DNA from: a virus
Direction: 5' to 3' (one strand)
DNA: 64,000 bases
IMG/VR virus record: IMGVR_UViG_3300017706_001340
Coordinates: 1 to 64,000 of that record
A program made the position numbers and the translations under genes. The notes beneath the pieces were generated by a model. The model ran no database searches. It was not told where the DNA came from and saw nothing but the letters and a program-made list of their open reading frames with translations. Of this stretch, positions 48,950 to 57,356 are shown one piece after another (the first letter of the stretch is position 1; each line of letters begins with the position of its first letter).

Positions 48950-49279
48950 ATGAAGAATAAAATTTACACATTATCATACTTTAAGAAAAGACTTAAGGAC
49001 TCAGGATACATTGTATGGGATATTATGAATAAGTATGCCATGGAGGATCCAAGGAAGTGGACTGTGCTTGTCAATCCTAGCATTGAGTCAGTATACATAA
49101 CATGTATAGTCAATAGAAATGAGCTAGGTCAACTTCCGGAATTTGAGATAAACGACGGTGGTATGCGGTTTCAGAAAAATTTGACTTTAATGACTAGTAG
49201 TATGGAGGTTATTATAAACTTACTGTCGAGAAAAGGTATTGTGGCGGATGATTCTTTATTGTATAAGAAAGATAAATAA
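48950..49279 (+). CDS. Hypothetical protein
   Basis: 109-aa ORF in the operon. Confidence 0.65.
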   Translation: MKNKIYTLSYFKKRLKDSGYIVWDIMNKYAMEDPRKWTVLVNPSIESVYITCIVNRNELGQLPEFEINDGGMRFQKNLTLMTSSMEVIINLLSRKGIVADDSLLYKKDK

Positions 49280-49285
49280 ATGTAC

Positions 49286-49657
49286 ATGACACAAGAAAAC
49301 GATAAGTCACCTAAAAAACGGCAACCTGGTTCAACCGGTCCACGTAAGAAGAAGACATCAAAATCAAAGACTAATCGTAAGGATGACGAGTACAAGAAAA
49401 AAATACATAATGCCATAAAAGTTAATCTTGACGAATATCTTAAGCAACGTAATATAAATCAAAAGCAGATCACTTCCATCAATGCGATTATTGAGGAACA
49501 CTTGAGTTGCTTTATTTTGGTCGGTTATACTGATGACGGTGAACCTGTCACACTTGTAAATGCTGCAACACAAAAAGATAGTGATTCATTAGGAACCATC
49601 TTACATAAGGTTATTAAAAAATATTCAGATCCTCCAAACAATCTACCACTACTTTAA
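49286..49657 (+). CDS. Hypothetical protein with basic N-terminus
   Basis: TAAATA at 49273-49278; start 49286 or 49280. Confidence 0.6.
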   Translation: MTQENDKSPKKRQPGSTGPRKKKTSKSKTNRKDDEYKKKIHNAIKVNLDEYLKQRNINQKQITSINAIIEEHLSCFILVGYTDDGEPVTLVNAATQKDSDSLGTILHKVIKKYSDPPNNLPLL

Positions 49658-49660
49658 GTA

Positions 49661-50560
49661 ATGAAAATATTGATATTAGGTAAAGGGTATGTAGGAACTG
49701 CCCTGGCAAAAAACTTATCTACATGTTACGAAATCGTACATGTATCACGTTCCGAACTAGACTATACTGATAGAGGTACACTCTTCAGATATTTAACCGG
49801 TAACGACATCGAGTATATTATAAATACATGCGGTTACACTGGGAGACCCAATGTAGACGCCTGTGAAGACAATACCAGTGATACCTGGCATTATAATGTT
49901 GTTGTACCTGTTAATATACAGAAGACGTGTAAGGATGCAGGTGTAAAAATGATACACATATCAAGTGGATGTATCTATGACGGATACGCAAAGGATTACA
50001 CTGAAGAGGATGAACCAAATTTTGGGTTACATAGTAATGACAGTAGCTGGTATAGTAAGACTAAGCATGCATGTGAGATGATGATGAAGGATAAAGATGT
50101 GTATATTTTCCGTATCCGCATGCCGTTTTGTGAGTCTTGGTCAGAGAGGAACGTACTAACAAAATTAATAAAATATGATAATGTTATTGATCATTTAAAC
50201 TCTGTCACAAATATAGAAGATCTCTGTGGATTTATAATGTATTTTATTGCTGATATAACCGAGGGTACAATAGTTCATGAGTATGGTATTTACAATGTTG
50301 TGAATCCTTGTCCTGTAACAACAAGTGCTATTTGTGACCTTTTAAATACAACAGAATTGGGTAATAAAAACTGGCAGCATATCGAGTTAGAGGAACTATA
50401 TAAGACAACCAAAGCGAAACGTTCGAATTGTATACTCAGTGACGATAAAATTAAAAATTTAAACTTGAGACTACCTGATACAATCGATAGCTTGAGACGA
50501 TGCATTAAAAAGATGAAACAAGAGTTAGATGCTCAAGAGAATAACAAAGCTACTGGCTAG
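49661..50560 (+). CDS. NDP-4-keto-6-deoxyglucose 3,5-epimerase/4-reductase (RmlD/NRS-ER-like SDR)
   Basis: 'GKGYVG', 'GYTGRPNVDACE', 'SSGCIY', 'EEDEPNF', 'YSKTK', 'RIRMP'. Confidence 0.85.
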   Translation: MKILILGKGYVGTALAKNLSTCYEIVHVSRSELDYTDRGTLFRYLTGNDIEYIINTCGYTGRPNVDACEDNTSDTWHYNVVVPVNIQKTCKDAGVKMIHISSGCIYDGYAKDYTEEDEPNFGLHSNDSSWYSKTKHACEMMMKDKDVYIFRIRMPFCESWSERNVLTKLIKYDNVIDHLNSVTNIEDLCGFIMYFIADITEGTIVHEYGIYNVVNPCPVTTSAICDLLNTTELGNKNWQHIELEELYKTTKAKRSNCILSDDKIKNLNLRLPDTIDSLRRCIKKMKQELDAQENNKATG

Positions 50561-50873
50561 TAATAGTCATAAACGGAAAATATTTGCTGTAAGAGAAGGT
50601 ACCTACAAGGGTAACTTCATTGTTTGTGTGAATGTATCAGACGAAAAGTATGATTTCTTGATGTTACCACATAATGAATCTATATCAATGTCTAGAGATG
50701 ACTTTGATACCGGTATAAAAAATAAAATAGTTGACGTTATTGAGAAATTACCTCATAATGTATTTGAAATCTGCTGTGCACAATATAATGAATCAAAAGC
50801 CAAAGACAATATTAATAGACTCAAGCAATCTGTTACACCGAGCGGTGTGGATCGCGGAGAACACGAGAAATAA
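50529..50873 (+). CDS. Hypothetical protein
   Basis: 114-aa overlapping ORF in the operon. Confidence 0.55.
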   Translation: MLKRITKLLASNSHKRKIFAVREGTYKGNFIVCVNVSDEKYDFLMLPHNESISMSRDDFDTGIKNKIVDVIEKLPHNVFEICCAQYNESKAKDNINRLKQSVTPSGVDRGEHEK

Positions 50874-51708
50874 CGTACATCCAGCATCCATCTTCCTGGG
50901 TAGTATAAGGAAGTATGCAACGATGTTCAGTTGTTGTAATATATATTCAATTTGGGACAAGAGGCTCATAAGAGGTGTCAAAAACTATCGTAGACTTGCT
51001 AAAAATGTTGAATATAAGGGTAACAGAGACGTAGTTAAGAATGAACATGTATTTAGTTACGAGGAATCAACAACAGAGTTATTGAACTGTTTGGGTATTA
51101 AAAATATGTACCCTGGAATACTTGAAGCAGATGATGTAATTGCTTGGTTATGCAAGCAAGGTGATGACCGTAAGGTGATTGTAAGTGTTGATCAAGACAT
51201 GCTACAATTGGTGAGTGAAAATGTTGATGTTTATAGTCCCATAAAGGATAAGCATATAAATCTAGACAACTTTGAGGAACATACAAATGTATCAATTGAT
51301 CAATTTTTGAGATACAAATCATTGATTGGTGACAAATCCGACAATTTACCTGGTCTAGATAAATGTGGACCTAAGACAGCTAAAAAATTAATTACAGAGT
51401 GTCCGAATGACAATTTATTAATTGAAAAGGTAGGAAACGAGAGGTTGAGAAATTACTTTGTGAATTTAGAGATGATTGATCTCAAGCAAGGAGAGTTGAA
51501 GCACCCAGAGGATACAAAACTGTATATCAAACAGTATGATGAATTACAAGAACATCAACCGGATTTTGATACCTTTAGATCGAAGTGTGAGTCACTTAAT
51601 ATGAATAGTATTGTTAATCGTATAGATGACTGGAAACAGATATTCACGAATAGTAATATAAATGATAAGCTTGAAAGCATTGTAAATAGTCTATCCTTGA
51701 ATAAATAG
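50788..51708 (+). CDS. rnh: 5'-3' exonuclease / T4 RNase H
   Basis: 'LIDSSNL', 'WD', 'YKGNR', 'EADD', 'SVDQD', 'GDKSDNLPG..KCGPKTA'; start 50788. Confidence 0.9.
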   Translation: MNQKPKTILIDSSNLLHRAVWIAENTRNNVHPASIFLGSIRKYATMFSCCNIYSIWDKRLIRGVKNYRRLAKNVEYKGNRDVVKNEHVFSYEESTTELLNCLGIKNMYPGILEADDVIAWLCKQGDDRKVIVSVDQDMLQLVSENVDVYSPIKDKHINLDNFEEHTNVSIDQFLRYKSLIGDKSDNLPGLDKCGPKTAKKLITECPNDNLLIEKVGNERLRNYFVNLEMIDLKQGELKHPEDTKLYIKQYDELQEHQPDFDTFRSKCESLNMNSIVNRIDDWKQIFTNSNINDKLESIVNSLSLNK

Positions 51709-51712
51709 TGTT

Positions 51713-51898
51713 ATGAACAACATACCATTTGTACAACCAATCATAATACAGTCACCATTTAGTGGTAGTCCAATGAAACCTCAGATTAGAACTAGAGAGA
51801 CAGAAGGTAACATCTATACCGAGGCACATTGGTATTGTCCTGATTCCGGTAGATTTGTGCGAAAAGGGGTCGTAAAGATTGACCCTGTGAAAAGATAG
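51713..51898 (+). CDS. Small hypothetical late protein
   Basis: TAAATA 5 nt upstream; 'SPFSG...WYCPDSG'. Confidence 0.65.
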   Translation: MNNIPFVQPIIIQSPFSGSPMKPQIRTRETEGNIYTEAHWYCPDSGRFVRKGVVKIDPVKR

Positions 51899-51927
51899 TT
51901 GTCAAACCTGATCTTATAGTTTATAAT
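51899..51927 (+). promoter_or_regulatory. sigma70-type promoter of primase
   Basis: TTGTCA-N17-TATAAT, 8 nt to ATG 51936. Confidence 0.8.
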
Positions 51928-51935
51928 AAACTGGT

Positions 51936-52949
51936 ATGATTATACCAGAAGAATTCATAATTCAAAAATTCTATCAACATGCCGGTTATCCCAAGCATGT
52001 ACGATCAACCAATACTTACATGGGAGGTTGTCCGATATGTAGAGAAGGTAAGAGTTGGGGAAGAAAGTCTAGATTATATTATATACCTAAAGATGGTGTG
52101 ATATGTTGTCATAATTGTGGTTGGTATGGTAAGCCATTGCAATGGATATTAGAGGTTGAAAAAATACCATATGATGAATTAATAAAACAGATAGATAAGT
52201 GTGATTATACATATGGAGTACCTGTTGAAGAGAAAGTGAAGCAACAGACAGCGGATTTACCGCTGGATAGTATAAATTTATTTGACAAGTCACAATTGTC
52301 ATATTATGTTAATGAGAGTATCGTCCGGCAAGCCGCAGAAACTATCGTTAAACGTCGGTTAAATACAGCAATTAACAAACCAAAATCAATATATGTCTCA
52401 CTAAATGACCCGGTGCATAAAAACAGACTGGTTATACCCTTCTATGATAAAACGAGGTCCATTCTGTTCTATCAGACGCGAACGATACTAGCGAGTGACG
52501 AGAGACCCAAATATTTATCTAAACAAAATAGTGAGAAGACACTGTTTAATTATGAGCAAATTGATTCTGGTACTGATAATGTATTTATAACTGAAGGACC
52601 GATAGATTCATTCTTCATCCGGAATTCTGTTGCAGTAGCTGGTATACAAGAGAAGAGTAAGAACACATTCACTACAACACAACAATCACAGATCGATCGA
52701 CTGTTTTTAATGCAAAAGGTATGGGTGCTGGATAGTCAGTGGTTAGACTCTGCTAGTAGAATGAAAAGCGAGATGTTACTAAAATCAGATAACTGTGTAT
52801 TTATATGGCCTAAAGATATAGGTATGAAGTTTAAGGATATTAATGACATGTGCATACACTTTAAAATAGATGAGATCTCTAGCAATTTCTTGCTGGAAAA
52901 CACTTACTGCGGACTTAAAGGTATTGTGAAACTTCGACAGGTCAGATAG
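51936..52949 (+). CDS. gp61: DNA primase (gp61)
   Basis: Zn ribbon 'CPICRE...CHNCG', 'RLVIPF', 'PKY', TOPRIM 'TEGPIDS', 'KDIND'. Confidence 0.93.
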   Translation: MIIPEEFIIQKFYQHAGYPKHVRSTNTYMGGCPICREGKSWGRKSRLYYIPKDGVICCHNCGWYGKPLQWILEVEKIPYDELIKQIDKCDYTYGVPVEEKVKQQTADLPLDSINLFDKSQLSYYVNESIVRQAAETIVKRRLNTAINKPKSIYVSLNDPVHKNRLVIPFYDKTRSILFYQTRTILASDERPKYLSKQNSEKTLFNYEQIDSGTDNVFITEGPIDSFFIRNSVAVAGIQEKSKNTFTTTQQSQIDRLFLMQKVWVLDSQWLDSASRMKSEMLLKSDNCVFIWPKDIGMKFKDINDMCIHFKIDEISSNFLLENTYCGLKGIVKLRQVR

Positions 52950-53391
52950 ATTCTGAACCAGACTCCTTACGTCTTGCTAATAGTAGATATTGTTTGAGAG
53001 ATTCACTCAACCCGGATAGATCTTGTGCTAACCTTGATATTTTTTTACTCTCACTACGTTGTATATCTGTGAGTATACTGTCACAATCTGCAGAATTAAT
53101 TGTAAAGTTTATTGATCCTTGATCTGTACCGTTGAGATAATCAATAAAATTTTCAACTTCACCTATCCATGTGTTTAATGTCTGTATGGTCCTAGCCGTC
53201 TGTTGTTGTTTCAATGCAATCTCCGGATTGTCCGGGATGGCCAGCTGATCAACGTTACCGGCATCCATTTGTGCACCTGCCGCGGCAACCTCTGCTTCTG
53301 GATCCTCCGGTAAAGGTGTTATTGGACCTGGCTGGAGATCTTCAGGAGCCTCCTCTATTATACTGAAAAATTTTCTTTGAAATACGTTCAT
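52942..53391 (-). CDS. Hypothetical late protein
   Basis: TAAATA at 53402-53407; leader MNVFQRKFFSIIEE. Confidence 0.7.
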   Translation of the reverse strand: MNVFQRKFFSIIEEAPEDLQPGPITPLPEDPEAEVAAAGAQMDAGNVDQLAIPDNPEIALKQQQTARTIQTLNTWIGEVENFIDYLNGTDQGSINFTINSADCDSILTDIQRSESKKISRLAQDLSGLSESLKQYLLLARRKESGSESI

Positions 53392-53434
53392 GATCTATGT
53401 TTATTTATGCTAGTTGTATAAGTATTTATTGAAC

Positions 53435-53869
53435 ATGTCACAAGAAAAAAACAAAAAAGAAACATTATTCGAAGATCTTCAAGCTGGATCAAATAACTTC
53501 ATGGGTGTAGGTAAGGGTCCTGGTCAATCAGCTATGCAATTGAAGCCGGCTAAGATAACGTTGATGGATCTAATAAGCCAGGCGAAAGATTGGGAGAATC
53601 AGATGGGTAAGGCACCCAACCGATTACCATACCCGTTGCAGGATGGTCTTGGTGATCAATTAGGGGATTTATATGTTAAATCAGTCGATATAAAGAATAA
53701 AGTTGCAGAAAGTGGAAAATTTAGTATAATTAAAGATAATGAAAAGGCATACAAAGCTGTACAGCGTATACATAAAAAATTATCTGCTATTGGCGCCGCG
53801 ATACAAGATGTTGTTGATGATATTGACAACCTTGGAGTTGGTACCAGTACTACTGAATACCATGCATGA
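53435..53869 (+). CDS. Hypothetical (probably late) protein
   Basis: Start MSQEKN at 53435; TAAGTA at 53419; leader ends '...TLFE'. Confidence 0.65.
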   Translation: MSQEKNKKETLFEDLQAGSNNFMGVGKGPGQSAMQLKPAKITLMDLISQAKDWENQMGKAPNRLPYPLQDGLGDQLGDLYVKSVDIKNKVAESGKFSIIKDNEKAYKAVQRIHKKLSAIGAAIQDVVDDIDNLGVGTSTTEYHA

Positions 53870-54303
53870 TTAGAAGTATAGTAACATCAATCGCGATAAC
53901 CAGTGTTGTTGCGGCAATAGGTGGATTACTATTCAATTATATTTTTGATTACCATCTAATCAAGTCAATTATATGCACATTCCTGGTACAAATTGTTATA
54001 TTCTATGTTTGGAACAGTATATCACAAATGATACTAACCATCCGAGTAGAGCAAGAGCAAACCCGCCAAGCTGAGATGTTGTCTCAACAGGGTATTGATG
54101 TCGTGTGTGCACACTGTAAGAGTGAGAACTTTGTACCTATAAGATTAGACGAATCAAACGAATTTGCATGTGATAAGTGCGGTAAAGAGAATTCTATATA
54201 CATTGATATATCAATTGCACAAAAGGCTCGTATACTTGATAGAGATCAACTATCTGTTAATTATATCAAAGATAAATTAGATGAATCAAAAAAAGTTAAG
54301 TAA
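53866..54303 (+). CDS. Membrane protein with Zn-ribbon
   Basis: Two N-terminal hydrophobic helices plus CAHC...CDKC. Confidence 0.7.
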   Translation: MIRSIVTSIAITSVVAAIGGLLFNYIFDYHLIKSIICTFLVQIVIFYVWNSISQMILTIRVEQEQTRQAEMLSQQGIDVVCAHCKSENFVPIRLDESNEFACDKCGKENSIYIDISIAQKARILDRDQLSVNYIKDKLDESKKVK

Positions 54304-54724
54304 AGATAGCGAGATACAAAACATGCCGGTGACAAAACCCGCCTCAACCGTAAGTGATAAACCACCAACTGAGCGTATGACGTTCGATCAACTGTGTGAG
54401 TGTATGAACAATTTCTTCAATGATAGAGATTTCGAGAGCAAACAGGCATTTAAAAAAGGATACACATGCACTGTTGGTGAGGATTATACAAATATTGATT
54501 TGTTGTGCAACATGAACGATCTAGTATATAATTACTGTAACAACAATGAGAATATATCCAAGACAGAAAAACGGAACCTCAAGACTTTATGTAGTGGTAT
54601 CAACTCTGTAACGATGAGCATGGAGCAATACAACATTACAACACAAATGGATAAAGTCCTGATCTCAACACTAATGGGATACATATTAAAAATAACAAGA
54701 AATTACTTTCATGATAGACATTGA
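54281..54724 (+). CDS. Hypothetical protein
   Basis: Overlapping ORF in the operon. Confidence 0.6.
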   Translation: MNQKKLSKDSEIQNMPVTKPASTVSDKPPTERMTFDQLCECMNNFFNDRDFESKQAFKKGYTCTVGEDYTNIDLLCNMNDLVYNYCNNNENISKTEKRNLKTLCSGINSVTMSMEQYNITTQMDKVLISTLMGYILKITRNYFHDRH

Positions 54725-54986
54725 TAAACACAAAAAAACAAAGGTCGAATTGACCACACCTAAAGGCGCCAAACATGTTATGTCAGAGTATGAAATCAGC
54801 AGATGGTTCTCCATGATAGAGGCGGTTGATATCATAGATCAGAAGGCAAATCAACTAGGAATAAAAGGCAAGGGTGTTAATTGGGTGAAACCAATCGCAA
54901 TACAAAAGTATATTGATGAACGAACAGAGAGTATGTTGTTCGAAGTCAAGGATGATCTAAGTAAAGAGAAGAGATGCACTACATAG
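54711..54986 (+). CDS. Hypothetical protein
   Basis: 'WVKPIAIQKYIDER'; overlapping ORF in the operon. Confidence 0.6.
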   Translation: MIDIDKHKKTKVELTTPKGAKHVMSEYEISRWFSMIEAVDIIDQKANQLGIKGKGVNWVKPIAIQKYIDERTESMLFEVKDDLSKEKRCTT

Positions 54987-55306
54987 TAGGTACACATTTA
55001 CAATTACCTGCATCTAAATCCGGGCAACAGATTCGCCCCGGGATGACCAGTCAACAAATTCGTGCGAATAGCCGGGGACCGGCCGGTTTTGCTGAGCAGC
55101 GACAGTTACTCACTCCAGGTACACAATACACACTTATACGGATATTAAAGGTGGATGATGGTGTGAATTATATCTTCTCATCCAGCGTTGGTGATCGAGT
55201 CACACTATCATTCAGTAGTGTATCAGAAGCAGAAAAGTTTATATCTAGTGTTATAGGTGAAGCGGTCCCGGATTATTCATCTGCATATATAGATCAAACG
55301 GATTAA
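54974..55306 (+). CDS. Hypothetical protein
   Basis: Last ORF of the operon; shares a TTAA stop with the convergent gene. Confidence 0.6.
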   Translation: MHYIVGTHLQLPASKSGQQIRPGMTSQQIRANSRGPAGFAEQRQLLTPGTQYTLIRILKVDDGVNYIFSSSVGDRVTLSFSSVSEAEKFISSVIGEAVPDYSSAYIDQTD

Positions 55307-56028
55307 TCATCATATCCACCGTATATATCGTCATAGTCCCCATATACACTATAATCAAAAATATTCCGGCCTTGCCGGTCAATATCATTGAAATATAGAC
55401 TATCATCTTCCATCTGCTCATCACCACTCAATCCACCGTGGTAAGTATCATCAGTTGGTTGCTGCAACCCAGGTTCTTTATCAATACCGAGCTCATAACT
55501 ATAGTCGAAACGCTTGCCTTTTATCAGCCAGACATAATGACCTAGTAATGGATTGAGTTGTTCAACATCTTGGTCCAATCTTTCAGTTATTTCGAACTTT
55601 TTAGCACCTCTCCCACCTGGTCTGGATGATCCGAATTCACTGAGCTCTATAACATCGCCAGCATTTGGTTCTGGATTAGGATTATCCTCAGAGCTCATAG
55701 CTAATGTGTAACTCTCGATGGGTATAAACCCAGTCAGTTCATCATCAGCCATAAGACCAAACTTTTGAAGTACAACTGAATTTTCATTCAATGTCATAGC
55801 AAATATCAATTTCTTTGGATCTTGAAACTGTTGAGCAGGTGACTCTCCGTATAGTGGATCAACATTCTGTAGTGTGGTGCCATTAACATAATAGTCTACT
55901 ATTGTACCATATTGATAGATCTGCTCGACCCACCACCCTTTGTAATTGTTTATCTCATTGCAATTAGCATGCTTGTCTAAAAATCGCAAACTATTACTAT
56001 GCTTGAATATATCATCAATCTCACTCAT
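55303..56028 (-). CDS. Neck/head-tail adaptor protein (gp14-like)
   Basis: 'EQI..YG..V.Y', 'D.LYGE', 'KFGL..DDE', 'P..GD.I', 'FEIT', 'YVW', 'F.YS.E'. Confidence 0.75.
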   Translation of the reverse strand: MSEIDDIFKHSNSLRFLDKHANCNEINNYKGWWVEQIYQYGTIVDYYVNGTTLQNVDPLYGESPAQQFQDPKKLIFAMTLNENSVVLQKFGLMADDELTGFIPIESYTLAMSSEDNPNPEPNAGDVIELSEFGSSRPGGRGAKKFEITERLDQDVEQLNPLLGHYVWLIKGKRFDYSYELGIDKEPGLQQPTDDTYHGGLSGDEQMEDDSLYFNDIDRQGRNIFDYSVYGDYDDIYGGYDD

Positions 56029-56407
56029 ATCTTTTGAGAATATAACAATCTTTGACAGGGTCCCAAATTATACCAACACCTGAGAATAATGTCTTCGGTT
56101 TATCTTTAGGTAGTTCCTTTATTTTATAATTCTTCATTATGTGCTTTATATCAACATCGGATAACATTTTCATTTTAGATGTACCATTACGGAGAGCCTC
56201 GATCTTGTGATTCAATTCTCCAGCGAATGCGAACTCACCCCCACCGGTATGTCGCCCCTGATACCTCTTGGCAACTTGATGTTGATTCATCGCTCCACCA
56301 CCTCTTGACACCTTACGATGCCATGGACTCTTCGCATTATCTCTCTTTCGTTGCTGATAATCCTGAAACTCAAGGATCACGTGAAATCTATCTCTATAAA
56401 CTGACAT
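56021..56407 (-). CDS. Basic hypothetical late protein
   Basis: TATAAATA (56414-56421) 6 nt before ATG 56407; leader MSVYRDRFHVILE. Confidence 0.65.
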   Translation of the reverse strand: MSVYRDRFHVILEFQDYQQRKRDNAKSPWHRKVSRGGGAMNQHQVAKRYQGRHTGGGEFAFAGELNHKIEALRNGTSKMKMLSDVDIKHIMKNYKIKELPKDKPKTLFSGVGIIWDPVKDCYILKRYE

Positions 56408-56420
56408 CAACAGTATTTAT

Positions 56421-56452
56421 AAAAAAAGCCGTTCAAATGAACGGCTCTTTTT
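56421..56452. terminator. Rho-independent terminator (bidirectional form)
   Basis: A7-flanked AGCCGTTCA-AA-TGAACGGCT stem with a T-run on the other side. Confidence 0.8.
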
Positions 56453-56477
56453 GTGATTTGGGGGGTTAAATTGAAAA

Positions 56478-57338
56478 TTAATCTCCGATCGCCTTACTTT
56501 TAGGGTTGTTGATCTTGTTGCTACCGGATCCAGTGTTACCTGCATCTGGATGTGTACGATCACCATGTCCACCTAAAGGTTTTGGATCTGGATCTTCTTT
56601 TACAGTACCACCGTCAGCAGTTCCACCGTCAGTACTACCTGTTTTTGAGCTCTTAACCTTATTACTCTTGTTACCTGCGTAAGGATGTTGACGATCACCG
56701 TGTCCACCTAGGGGCTTTGGATCTGGCTCACTAACAACACTATCACCTAACATCTCATCATCATTACCAAAAGGATTATCACTCTCACTATCCTCTAGTT
56801 CATCACCAAGCTCATCTTCACTATCTTCTAGTTGATCCATCAAAGCTTCATGAAGCTTTTCTGCTAGGTCACGAGGAAGACTAATTGTAATTTCATCACC
56901 GCCGATTTCAAGCTCGTCATCACCGAACTCTTCATCGCCTCCTGTGTCTTCATCACCCATTCCACCTATATCGGCAAAAGGATCATCACCTTCCATGATT
57001 GTTGAGTATAATTTGTCAAAGATATTTGTAGGTTCGTTGCTCATAATTGTAGAAGTATTTATTTGCTCCTTGGCAATTTTCCCGTGTTTTTCTTTGTTTT
57101 CTTTTAATCTATCACTTATTTTTTTCATGTAATAGTCACTATCCTCACCAGAATTCTCTGGAGTCACTACATCTTCGACACCATCTGGAGTGTTCTCCTC
57201 TGGTTTCAAATCACCTGCAAGCTCAGAATCTCCGAGTGCTGATGGACAATCTCCGGATTTCCAGACCTTGTTATCTTCATTTTCTGTTAACAAGTCGTAC
57301 GCTTGCTCAATGTTCTTGATATCTCTTGACTCATTCAC
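56478..57338 (-). CDS. Highly acidic late protein (scaffold/core-like)
   Basis: GTG start with TAAATA 5 nt upstream; D/E-rich with several [LI]xE sites; duplicated PDPKPLGGHGDRxHP motif. Confidence 0.7.
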   Translation of the reverse strand: MNESRDIKNIEQAYDLLTENEDNKVWKSGDCPSALGDSELAGDLKPEENTPDGVEDVVTPENSGEDSDYYMKKISDRLKENKEKHGKIAKEQINTSTIMSNEPTNIFDKLYSTIMEGDDPFADIGGMGDEDTGGDEEFGDDELEIGGDEITISLPRDLAEKLHEALMDQLEDSEDELGDELEDSESDNPFGNDDEMLGDSVVSEPDPKPLGGHGDRQHPYAGNKSNKVKSSKTGSTDGGTADGGTVKEDPDPKPLGGHGDRTHPDAGNTGSGSNKINNPKSKAIGD

Positions 57339-57339
57339 A

Positions 57340-57349
57340 TAAGTATTTA
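57340..57349. promoter_or_regulatory. Overlapping bidirectional late promoter TAAGTATTTA
   Basis: TAAGTA (plus, toward terminase) overlaps TAAATA (minus) in an 18-nt divergent gap. Confidence 0.55.
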
Positions 57350-57356
57350 TGTTAAC

